Below, one piece after another: positions 20,831 to 31,690 of a DNA stretch of 64,000 nucleotides. Source of the stretch: Candidatus Latescibacterota bacterium (GTDB lineage Bacteria > Latescibacterota > CBDEFO01); contig CBDEFO010000008.1 in NCBI GenBank assembly GCA_965237525.1, positions 256,001-320,000 on the forward strand, read 5' to 3'. The translations under genes were made by a program, and so were the position numbers. How positions within the stretch are numbered: the stretch's first letter is position 1; the number at the start of each line of letters is the position of its first letter. A model generated the notes under the pieces. It had not been told where the DNA came from. It made no database searches and worked only from the letters and a program-made list of their open reading frames with translations.

Positions 20831-21064
20831 CTACATTCTTCCCTTTATCTCCTTTTGAATCTCCTTATATTCGGGAAATCTGCCCTCCTTCTTTTTCGAG
20901 AAGACCAGATCTTTGTCGATGGACACCTCAAACTTCCCGCCATCGGACGGGACGAGGACCAGTTGAGATATGTCCTGTTTGAACTCCTCTAAAATCTCGC
21001 TCGTCATACTGACGGCCTGGGGCTCGTAGCCTCAGGCGGCACAGTAGATGATCTCGATATCCAT
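20831..21064 (-). CDS. Rdx-family (SelT/SelW/SelH) selenoprotein; TGA at codon 11 read as Sec
   Basis: AGGAGG RBS; MDIEIIYCAAUGYEPQAVSMTSEILEEF...PSDGGKFEVSIDKDLVFSKKKEGRFP. TGA at 21032-21034 lies in a CxxU motif. Confidence 0.9.
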
Positions 21065-21231
21065 AGGTTTACACCTCCTGTTGAAAAATTGAATCCTTGT
21101 ATTGTTACTTCAACTTTCAGAAGTGACTGTTGCTGGAGAAGTTAGGCTCCTGTCAGCATAGGATCTGGAATAACTCCCTTAAACCGAGAAGAAGCAGTTA
21201 AGCTAAATCCACTGACAGTGATCCTGAAAAG

Positions 21232-22518
21232 TGTACTGCCCCCCAGGAAAGCGACACCAATTAAGCGACCTAGGGTAGTAGATAGAATTGTTTTCTCCAC
21301 TCTTCTGGGGTCTTATATCCCAGGGATGAATGAAGCCTGTTCTTGTTGTAATTATCGATCCACTGAGATATGATCTTCTCAGCCTGTTCAAAGGATTCAA
21401 ACTTGTGAAGCCAAACACACTCTTGCTTGAGGGTCCTGAAAAAACGCTCTACAACACCGTTCCAATCGGGCTTACCACTTGGTATGTATTCCTGACGAAT
21501 TCCCCAATATTCGGTACTCGCCAAATAGGCCCGAGCCAAAAAGATGGAACCATTGTCAGAGCGCAAAGTGAGACCCTGGGGGACAGCCTCTTTGGAGGTG
21601 TATCGAGAGATCACGGCCCGATCCAGGGCATCTGTGGCCTCCAGTGCCCTCCCTCTTCGACTAAAACGATACCCGGGGAACCTCCCGACTCCCGTTGTCC
21701 ACCACCGCAATAAGAGGACACCAACCATCTTTTCCACAATAGATCTTGGTCAAGTCAGCCGACCAGAGACTGTCAGGATGATCCATCACAGAACGCTTCT
21801 GGGCAACCTGTGGCCCCTTTCTCCCGGGGTCCCCGATTGATTCTATCGGGGACCCCACAGCTTACACTGCCACCCCTTAAGCTTCATTATCCTATGAACC
21901 TTCTTGATGTTGACATATGCCCCTTCCTTGAAACGAAGATGCGCCCAAACCCGCCTGTGACCAAATGCCTCTTCTTGGTCGAGTATCCCTCGAACACGAA
22001 AAGCAAGCTGTCCATCTATCATAGACTCTTCGACAGAAGAACTGACACCTCTATACCTAAGCCTATACAGAGTCGAACGATGCAAACCCAAAGCCAAAGC
22101 TACCACCTTACGGGAATAGCCTCGACCCAAAAACCGCCCACTCAAGGCAACCGCTTCGTTTTTTTTAGACGGGCTACCTCCTCGAGTATCTCCAACTGGA
22201 GGGTTAACTGCCCTACCTTACGCTCCAACCGGCTGACCTCCCGCTCCTTCGGATCCTTGCGACCACGCCGAGACTTCAGACTCTCCTGGCCTCCTTCCAG
22301 GAAACTATCACGCCAGGCATACGCCTGTGACTGGCTAATTCCATTCTTCCGACACACCTCTGATACATCCGCTCCTTTCAAAACAGCCAACACCACCTCT
22401 ACCTTACGGGTCGCCGTCCAGCGCTTACCATCTTTCACTTCGGGGCTTGACAATTTGACCTCCCTTCTCAAACCCCAATTTGCGAAATATTTGTCGCTCT
22501 GTCAAGGGGAACGGTATG
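21232..22518 (-). mobile_element. IS3-family element: orfA 22142..22471 and disrupted orfB 21270..22145
   Basis: HTH orfA; A-run slippery site before the orfA stop; rve core (WSADLT, RSDNGS, ERFFRTLKQE, HSSLGY); imperfect IRs containing GCGACA; two extra frameshifts in orfB. Confidence 0.85.
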
Positions 22519-23010
22519 TTACATCCTTAATTTCCCCTGTTTCTTAAACAATTTTTTCACTTTCTTTTTAACATGATCCCAGGTAGATCTCTCTTTCCAG
22601 CTTCCCCAACCATGATGAATTCCATACGAAACCCCATTGTTCAATATTTCCTCATATTCTTTGTCATTCCTCGGCGAGGGTGGATGAAAATACAGCCTTT
22701 CGGTTTCTTTAACATCATAATAATTATTCTTATAGTAAATCCTTGTAAGTAAGAGAGGGCCCGTAGCATCAACAACCTCAGTATAATTCCTATCAACAGG
22801 ATAGTTACTCTTTAAATCATCAATTACGTCTTTCCAGAACTGGTGCTTGGGAATTGAAGCAAAAACACAGTTCCCAATACCATCATAAGTGTCTCCAAAC
22901 TGCTTGCTTCTGTTTTTTGGTAATACTAAATTTGCTTCTTCGAAATCAAATCACTTTATCATCTCATAGTCAAGATCGAGATATAATCCCCCAATATCAT
23001 ACATTATTAA
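22519..23010 (-). pseudogene. 3' part of a DXD (GT32/OCH1-like) glycosyltransferase
   Basis: LIMYDIGGLYLDLD..., TGP and H.G.GSW motifs; internal TGA at 22951-22953; AT-rich. Confidence 0.8.
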
Positions 23011-24529
23011 AAGCCTTGTGAAATAGTTATGTCCCAGGCAGCGTCTGAAGCGCCGATTATGGGTCAAAGAGTAGCATATCGTATCGTTTTGCTGTGGAAT
23101 AAGCAAAATAGTCTTATCAGAGTTCTGGTCAGCAAGGAATAGGAGCTGTTTGAAGAACAGGATGCACTGTCTTTGACAGACAGGGCACACATAGGCGCTT
23201 TCCCCCTTCTTATGAAAGATACAAGCCTCTTGAGATTCTGTACTGTTGCAACAAGATTCAACTGTTCATTCAGTGAGGCTGGTCCTCTGTAACGGGCTCG
23301 TCCCATACCGTGTTGTTGCCTGGCTTCAGCAAAGATATGTTCACTGCGTTTACGGAGTCTCCGGGAGAGTTTGTAGTCAGCTGTTAATGAGATAGACCGT
23401 GCATGATTTCTGGCTTTCGCCTCTCGCACTTTTCTATCCCGTTCGGCCTGAATATGTGCTGAATTTGTCTTGTTTTTCCATGTAGGAATCGGTTCAATCT
23501 TCTCATCGGCTCGCAGAGGAATATGGGGTATGATTCCCCGGTCAAGTACATCAGCGATAAAATTACCAGAACCGTAACCGGTATCGGCACTAAGTGTCTG
23601 AATGTCTTTGGGCATGGTGTATGTTTCAAGGTCATCTACCATCTTAAGGGCACTTTCGGGCTCTGCTGTCCCTGTCGCCTGCGTGCCCTGAGTCTCAAGG
23701 ATTACTCTGCTTTTTGTGTCGATCAGATCATGGCCCATAAACGAGAGAAAAGCCCCTTTGCCCTTCGATTTGCTGTATAAGCGCGCGTCGGGGCCTGTAG
23801 TCGAACGGTGTGTTTGGTTCGTCCACTTTTCACCATGAAAGTCTTTATCCTGAGGATGCCCGGACCTACCCTTTGTCTTATCACCTTCAAAACCGATTCC
23901 CTTGAGATAATCATCAAGAGAAACAGGGGGTTCTATCGGCTCAATACTTTTCACTGAAGCATCAGCTTGTATCTGAGTGCCGTCGACACTAAGGTGTTTA
24001 CCGCTCACAACACCGACATCTATGCAACACTGGACTACCTGACGCATTATCCGTTCAAACAACCCACTGGATGCCCACTTGTGATTGCGAAGCTTGTTGA
24101 TCGTGCTCCTATCCGGAACCGCATCCTCAAATGTCTGATGACAAAACAACCGATATGCCGCATGCATCCCCACTTCCTGACAGAGCCGATTCTCACTCAA
24201 ATTATACAGATAGCCAATAAGGATCATTCGAACAACTAATTCAGGATCAATACCGGGTCTGCCATTGTCAGGGCAATAACAATCTGATACAACGTCTCGT
24301 ACAAATGAAAAATCAACTGCCTCATCAATCTGACGAAGGATATGATCCTCGGGAACTAAATCCTCCATCTGAAAATAGTGAAACATCGGATTTGTCTGTT
24401 CCTGCTTTTGTGGGGTCATTGTTTCCTCCATATATAATATTATCAATAACATAATACAATACATCGGAGCTGCTTTATCAATGCTTGTTCTATACTACTT
24501 TCTGAATCTAAGGGTTTTTCACAAGGCTT
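23011..24529 (-). mobile_element. IS1182-like insertion sequence, copy B (1519 bp; transposase 23064..24464)
   Basis: IRs AAGCCTTGTGAAA/TTTCACAAGGCTT; DUF772-like N-terminus (VPEDH.LR.ID, GRPGIDP) plus DDE residues (VDGT, ADTGY, SEHIF). Confidence 0.92.
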
Positions 24530-24868
24530 TTAGCCTTTGTCAAGAAAAAAATGCCGTTTGTTGCGCTTAAATGCTATAATAACAAAAAATTATTGTCTGA
24601 AACGTGAAGGGTGAGAAATAGGACTATAAAATCGCGCAGCTTGGATTAGTTCTACAGACGCTTCAATTGCTCTTTAGTTCCCCCGATTCCACCTTCGTAA
24701 AAAAGTCCAACTTATCGGCCCTACATCACTCTACTTTTCATCTTCCTCCAAGTACCTGGCCCCAAATTGTAGGTCTCGCAACAACACTTGCATCTATCAC
24801 AGCCCGGAAGGAAAAGTGCTCCACTTCAAGAGTGATCGTATTCTCCCCGATGAAGCGTTATCTGGAAC

Positions 24869-25719
24869 CTATTTCATCAATACCAGTTTTCTCGTCTGAA
24901 CAAATCTATCTGTTTCCATCCGATACAGATAGATTCCACTGGCAACACTCTCACCGTTATTATCTTTGTCATCCCAGACTACAAAGTGACTGCCTGCGTC
25001 CATCTCGTTATCCACCAGTGTCGTAACCTTCTGTCCCATCATATTGTAGACAGATATAGCGACGTGGCTTCGGAGAGGAAGATCGTAGTGGATCACCGTC
25101 TCAGGGTTGAACGGATTAGGATAGTTCTGAGAGAGAGAATAGGCAGTCGGTATGTATTTCGGATCTTTGAAGCCGGATAGAGTTAGCCTGACCGTGAGTT
25201 GAACAGGGCCCAGTGTTCTATTATGTCGATGTCGTCTCTTGCGATCCCTTTAAGCTCTGCTCTGGAGAGGCTGAAAGTGACTTCGGACCCCACGGGCAGT
25301 TCACCCGAGGGTGTAAATGAGATTACGCCTAAAAGTCCGTCTCCGGAGGGAGTTGTCCTATGGTCGGGCTTCATAATGGCGTTGGCTACGATAATTCTAT
25401 CCTCCCTCTGTGTCTTCAAAAAGATGGGCGTTATGCCTCCTTTGGAGGATAGCATATTGACTTCCCCTCCTTCAGAAGATGCCTGCGTGGAAATATCGTT
25501 CCAGGAGAAGAGATTGCTGTCGTATTGGAGGTCTATGCGGTAAGCCGTCAGTTCAGATACGTCTTCTGCATAGACAGCCACATTTACAACCTGCTGATTG
25601 CCCTTATGAAGGTCGAGTCTCAGGGAGGCTGCGCTGTTTGTGCCCGCTACCGTCTCTGATAGAGGGAGCAGAGTAACGGTCAAAAGGACAACTACAATAA
25701 CTATGACTCTGGATGTCAT
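24869..25719 (-). pseudogene. Secreted cohesin-like protein with a FlgD-type C-terminal sorting domain (one frameshift near 25213)
   Basis: Signal peptide; cohesin-like LQYD and SGDGLLG.ISF; second frame LGPVQLTVRL..YSLSQNYPNPFNPET..ASGIYLYRM..TRKLVLMK. Confidence 0.75.
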
Positions 25720-25815
25720 GGTTTTCCTCCTTCCTTTAGGACTGATAGCGTACATCGCTCAGAAGCCAAGTCTATTTGTCTTCAGAGAATCACTGGTCAA
25801 TAGACAACTGTAAGA

Positions 25816-26210
25816 CTACCCCGACGTGCCGAAGTTATCCAGAAAGATCACAAAGTCAGACAGACCGATCTCTCCATTACTATCTAAATCGAAAATCGGA
25901 TTCCAATTGGGCGAACTGCTCGTTGTCCCGAACGCATCTAAGAAAAGGACAAAATCAGAAAGACCTACCTGATTGTTCTCGTCGAAATCTGCTGTCAGCA
26001 GTGGCGCGGTGGGTGCCGTCGTGACACTAGCTTGGTCCATCACAGCCCAGAAGGAGAAGCTTTCCACCTCGACAGTGATCGTATTCCCCACGGTGTCCAC
26101 CGCTACTATATCCTCCTCAGGTACTCCCTCAAAATCTCCCGTCTCCTCGTTCAGTGAGGCGACTGTCAGACTGTCCTCCTCAACCCCCTCAGGAATTTCT
26201 TCATCATTAA
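25816..26210 (-). pseudogene. C-terminal fragment of a large exported protein with a dockerin/EF-hand pair, truncated by the IS
   Basis: ADFDENNQVGLSDFVLFLDAFG...FDLDSNGEIGLSDFVIFLDNFG; the 5' end is IS sequence. Confidence 0.75.
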
Positions 26211-27729
26211 AAGCCTTGTGAAAAACCCTTAGATTCAGAAAGTAGTATAGAACAAGCATTGATAAAGCAGCTCCGATGTATTATATTATGTTATTGATAA
26301 TATTATACATGGAGGAAACAATGACCCCACAAAAGCAGGAACAGACAAATCCGATGTTTCACTATTTTCAGATGGAGGATTTAGTTCCCGAGGATCATAT
26401 CCTTCGTCAGATTGATGAGGCAGTTGATTTTTCATTTATACGAGACGTTGTATCAGATTGTTATTGCCCTGACAATGGCAGACCCGGTATTGATCCTGAA
26501 TTAGTTGTTCGAATGATCCTTATTGGCTATCTGTATAATTTGAGTGAGAATCGGCTCTGTCAGGAAGTGGGGATGCATGCGGCATATCGGTTGTTTTGTC
26601 ATCAGACATTTGATGATGCGGTTCCGGATAGGAGCACGATCAACAAGCTTCGCAATCACAAGTGGGCATCCAGTGGGTTGTTTGAACGGATAATGCGTCA
26701 GGTAGTCCAGTGTTGCATAGATGTCGGTCTTGTGAGCGGTAAACACCTTAGTGTCGACGGCACTCAGATACAAGCTGATGCTTCAGTGAAAAGTATTGAG
26801 CCGATAGAACCCCCTGTTTCTCTTGATGATTATCTCAAGGGAATCGGTTTTGAAGGTGATAAGACAAAGGGTAGGTCCGGGCATCCTCAGGATAAAGACT
26901 TTCATGGTGAAAAGTGGACGAACCAAACACACCGTTCGACTACAGACCCCGACGCGCGCTTATACAGCAAATCGAAGGGCAAAGGGGCTTTTCTCTCGTT
27001 TATGGGCCATGATCTGATCGACACAAAAAGCAGAGTAATCCTTGAGACTCAGGGCACGCAGGCGACAGGGACAGCAGAGCCCGAAAGTGCCCTTAAGATG
27101 GTAGATGACCTTGAAACATACACCATGCCCAAAGACATTCAGACACTTAGTGCCGATACCGGTTACGGTTCTGGTAATTTTATCGCTGATGTACTTGACC
27201 GGGGAATCATACCCCATATTCCTCTGCGAGCCGATGAGGAGATTGAACCGATTCCTACATGGAAAAACAAGACAAATCCAGCACATATTCAGGCCGAACG
27301 GGATAGAAAAGTGCGAGAGGCGAAAGCCAGAAATCATGCACGGTCTATCTCATTAACAGCTGACTACAAACTCTCCCGGAGACTCCGTAAACGCAGTGAA
27401 CATATCTTTGCTGAAGCCAGGCAACAACACGGTATGGGACGAGCCCGTTATAGAGGACCAGCCTCACTGAATGAACAGTTGAATCTTGTTGCAACAGCAC
27501 AGAATCTCAAGAGGCTTGTATCTTTCATAAGAAGGGGGAAAGCGTCTATGTGTGCCCTGCCTGTCAAAGACAGTGCATCCTGTTCTTCAAACAGCTCCTG
27601 TTCCTTGCTGACCAGAACTCTGATAAGACTATTTTGCTTATTCCACAGCAAAACGATACGATATGCTTCTCTTTGACCCATAATCGGCGCTTCAGACGCT
27701 GCCTGGGACATAACTATTTCACAAGGCTT
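26211..27729 (+). mobile_element. IS1182-like insertion sequence, copy C (1519 bp; transposase 26276..27676)
   Basis: Near-identical inverted copy of B, with TTAA on both sides. Confidence 0.92.
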
Positions 27730-27967
27730 TTAAAGAATGGACCATAGGATTAGCAGCAGTTATGATATTTCGCGGGAATTTCCTATAGATTTCATAAAAG
27801 TCTGGAAAACATTCTTTAACAAAATTGTTATTGTCCTCATCAGTCCATAGTTCATAATCCCAGTCAGGATGTAATTCTATTACTCTTTGCTGGAATAATC
27901 TCCATTTTTTAGGAATCTTATTCGTTTTCCATGTCTGATGGATAATTTTAGGTATCCTCATTTCCAA
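27730..27967 (-). pseudogene. 5' part of a DXD (GT32-like) glycosyltransferase
   Basis: IPKIIHQTWK..HPDWDYELWTDED; cut by IS copy C. Confidence 0.85.
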
Positions 27968-28092
27968 ATTCGTTAGTATCTATACCACAAACCGGCTGTT
28001 ATAGGATGTGCCAGCTGGGTTGGGTCGGGGCGGCCTTACCATGCGACCGTAAGGCCGCTGCCTTTTTGCAGTAGGAGAATTCCAGTCATAAA

Positions 28093-28920
28093 TCAGGTTT
28101 CAGATTTCTTTCGAGCAATGAATAAAAGAGAAAGATATGGCCTGTTTACTATACCTTCAAATTCCGTCTCAATTAGCTCTGCTATTTCGTTGAATAAACG
28201 CGAACGCCGACCTTCTTCCAAACTTCGATGATCTGAGAAGGTGTTGAGAAGCTTGATATAATCCGCTGTAGTAAAACCTCTTGTCCAAGCATAGGTTCTC
28301 ACCTGGACCCTCTCAAAAACCCCCATACTATTGATATAGGTTTCCTTCGAATTGATACTTTCTTCCATTGGTGGCGCGTCACTTGGATTTTTCCACTCAG
28401 GAACGATTTTCTGATATACCTTGTGAACGGATTTGAAGAAACCTGTATATGGGGTTGGATGAGAGTTGCTGAATATTGCGATAGATCCCATATCCTTTAA
28501 CACCTTGGCTGACTTAGGATAACCAATCTCTGGCGGAATCCAATGAAATGCTGTGGCAGACATTACAAGGTCAAAGGTATTCCCCTCAGCTTCCCATTCT
28601 TCAAAGGATGCGATCTCAATCTTCACCTGGGGATATGGCCGACACTTCTGGGCAGCAATAGCGGCAAGTTCTTTTCCGATATCCAAACAGAGTATGGAAT
28701 ATCCACGTTTGGCGAAAGGAAGAGTGGCTTGACCTGTCCCACACCCAATTTCGAGCAGCCTCCCTCCTTCTGGAATAGAGGAAATGGAGATTACGTCCTC
28801 AATTAGCTCCTCTGGATATCCAGGACGGACTGCATCATAATCCAGTGCAGCTTGATCAAAAATAGCTCGCAGCGTATTCTTTGAGCCAGACATAGCGTGA
28901 AGATCGGTATTCTTTGGCAC
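28093..28920 (-). CDS. Class I SAM-dependent methyltransferase
   Basis: YD.VRPGYP, LLEIGCGTGQAT, ATAFHWI motifs. Confidence 0.9.
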   Translation of the reverse strand: MPKNTDLHAMSGSKNTLRAIFDQAALDYDAVRPGYPEELIEDVISISSIPEGGRLLEIGCGTGQATLPFAKRGYSILCLDIGKELAAIAAQKCRPYPQVKIEIASFEEWEAEGNTFDLVMSATAFHWIPPEIGYPKSAKVLKDMGSIAIFSNSHPTPYTGFFKSVHKVYQKIVPEWKNPSDAPPMEESINSKETYINSMGVFERVQVRTYAWTRGFTTADYIKLLNTFSDHRSLEEGRRSRLFNEIAELIETEFEGIVNRPYLSLLFIARKKSET

Positions 28921-29326
28921 AGAGTTCTTCTTCTCTTGGTAGATCTATCAGACTCTGCTTTATCAAAGTCGGCTCAAGGATCTATAACATTAAGACAAGT
29001 AAGGGTAGTTGGAAGTTTCAAGGGCGCCGGCGTTTCTGCCTTTGGGGCAGGCTGGCATTTTCCTATAACTTGCTATATCCGAACTATTTCGCATATATTT
29101 CCATTTCTGTGTGCTATCCGAAGTTCGGATATAGATCCCTCATTGCGCTGACCTTCGAAAAGCCGCTCTCATCGAAATCATAATAGCACAATTTACATGT
29201 ATTGTCAAGTCTAAAAGCGTCCCCTCATCCTCTTTTATATTTGCCTTCCTCTCTGGTTTTTCGTATATTCATAGCTATTCAAAATAGAACAGGCAAGTGC
29301 ATAAGACACTTACAGCGAATAGGCAG

Positions 29327-30077
29327 ATGACTCGCATACTTCTGACAAACGACGATGGATTTTGGTCTGAGGGATTGACGACCCTGAAACGGGAACTGTC
29401 ACGTCATTGGGATGTTGTGGTCATAGCCCCCGACAGAGAGCAGAGCGCTAAGAGCCACTCGCTGACCTTGACCCGTCCTTCTAAGAGTCAACAGGATAGA
29501 AGAGGATGCCTTCAGCGTGGACGGCACTCCTTCAGACTGCGTTATGCTGGGAACCTACGGACTTTTAGATAAAAAACCCGACCTGGTGGTCTCTGGGATC
29601 AATCACGGAGCCAATCTGGGGGACGATGTCACCTACTCCGGCACGGTTGCAGCAGCGATGGAGGGCACACTCTTAGGGATACCCTCAATAGCGATCTCAG
29701 TTGTAGGCGAGGACAAGCTGATATTCGATCAGGCGGCGGAGTTTGCCGTTCATCTGATAGAGAAAATTCTGCAGGAGGGAATGCCCGAAGAGACACTTCT
29801 GAACGTAAACGTCCCCAATTTCCCCAAAGACCGTTTAAAAGGGGTTAAGATCACAAAGTTGGGAAAGAGAATCTACAGGGATGGAATAGTTAAGAACACC
29901 GATCCGAGGGGAAAACCTTATTACTGGATAGGCGGGCAGGATCCCACCTGGATAGGCGGGGACGAGACCGACTTTGCTGCTGTTGAAGAGGGTATGATCT
30001 CAATTTTACCTTTACATTTAGACCTGACGAAGTATAAAGCCATAGGGGAGATGGAGAACTGGAGGATAGAACTGTAG
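29327..30077 (+). pseudogene. surE: 5'/3'-nucleotidase SurE, frameshifted by one extra base near 29479
   Basis: ILLTNDDG..SHSLTL in one frame; DGTPSDC, SGINHGANLG, YSGTV in another. Confidence 0.9.
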
Positions 30078-30106
30078 AGAACAAAGCGGGTACCAAGGTA
30101 GGACTT

Positions 30107-30688
30107 ATGAGGCGGCTTTACGACTGGGTGCTCGGCTGGGCGCACACTCCCTACGGTGCGCCTATGCTCTTTTTACTGTCCCTTGCTGAGTCTTCATTCT
30201 TCCCTATCCCGCCCGATGTCCTCTTAATGGCGCTGTCTATCTCCATCCCTAAAAAAGCCTTAAAATACGCCCTTTACTGCTCCGTCGGATCTGTCATCGG
30301 AGGAATCGTAGGCTACTTTATAGGAGCAGTCGGATACGAAGCTATCGGAAGGCACATCATAGAATTCTACGGTGCCACTGAAAAATTTAACTATGTTGCA
30401 AGTAAGTACAAAAAAAATGCATTTTCATTTATAGTAATAGCCGGTTTTACCCCGATCCCTTATAAGGTCTTCACCATAGCCGCAGGAGTCTTCGACATAA
30501 GGCTTTCGACGCTCGTGTTAGCATCGGCTATAAGCAGGTCCGCCAGATTCTTCATCTTAGCTGTCCTAATCCACATATTCGGCCCATCCATCAAATCCTT
30601 TATAGACAAGTACTTTAATATTCTCTCCGTGGCTTTCGTAGTTCTGCTGATATTAGGTTTTATAGTAATAAGGCTCATCGTGAAATAG
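30107..30688 (+). CDS. YqaA/DedA-family membrane protein
   Basis: AESSFFPIPPD and FTPIPYK motifs. Confidence 0.92.
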   Translation: MRRLYDWVLGWAHTPYGAPMLFLLSLAESSFFPIPPDVLLMALSISIPKKALKYALYCSVGSVIGGIVGYFIGAVGYEAIGRHIIEFYGATEKFNYVASKYKKNAFSFIVIAGFTPIPYKVFTIAAGVFDIRLSTLVLASAISRSARFFILAVLIHIFGPSIKSFIDKYFNILSVAFVVLLILGFIVIRLIVK

Positions 30689-30866
30689 TTATTTGACAGG
30701 TGATGACAAAGGTTTGATAGGAGGATATAGAACAGGAAGGTATTGCTATTGGTGTGGGAAGAAGCTGGCGTTGTGCTTAGCTAGCAAAGGGATGAACGGC
30801 TCAAGCTGAAATCCTCGTTGGGGCACTTGTTTATCCGCCATCTATTAGATTTAAAAAGAGAAATCT

Positions 30867-31675
30867 ATGGTATCAACCTGTAGGTTATGCGGTAGTCAAA
30901 ATTTAGAATTGTATTATACGCAAGGGAACAATAACCAATATAAATTCTATAAATGTGTAAATTGTAAACTTGTCAATTATGCTCTATCTACGGGACTGAA
31001 TCAGGAAAAGTATGCAGAGAGATATATTAATCCACAAGATCACAAACATAAACACAATTTAGGACAGACCGAAGCCTATAATTTCATTAAGCGACATATT
31101 GACAAACCAGGAAGGTTATTAGATATCGGTTGCGGTAACGGAAAATTGTTATTTCTTGCTCAAAAAGATGGCTGGAAAGTTAAAGGATTGGAGCTATCTG
31201 GTTTTTTGGCTGATTCCATAAAGAAAGCAGTAGGTATAGATGTCGAAGTTTCCAACTTTTTGGAATATAAAATTAGTGAAAATGATATTTTTGATGTTGT
31301 TGTTTTGAGGCACGTACTGGAACACCTTCCTGACTCTGTATTGGCAATGAATAAAATTAATGCAATATTAAAGACCGGTGGATACGCCGCATTAGAATTT
31401 CCTAACATTGAAGCTTTTGATTTGAATTGCCCTGATTCAAAAGATTTTTGGGGGAAATAGGGCTTCATAAAAAGAAATATTCACCAGATTATAAGCTTGG
31501 TCACTGTAATGAATTTTGTAAAGACTCATTTGAGTTCCTATTAGCAAAAACAGGATTCAAATTAGAAATATGGTACACTTATTCATCAAAACCCTTTTTT
31601 AAGCCATTATTTAATTTGCTATACAATATCTTTAATAGTGGCAATAAGGCAAGAGTATTGATAAGAAAGGCTTAG
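30867..31675 (+). pseudogene. AT-rich SAM methyltransferase with an N-terminal Zn ribbon, frameshifted near 31430
   Basis: CRLC..CVNC, LLDIGCGNG, HVLEH; the C-terminus continues in another frame. Confidence 0.75.
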
Positions 31676-31690
31676 ATCACGTAACATCTC

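Noticed and set aside
22951..22953. TGA in the glycosyltransferase as selenocysteine
   Set aside because: It is not at a Cys/redox position, no hairpin is evident, and the gene is already split by an IS.
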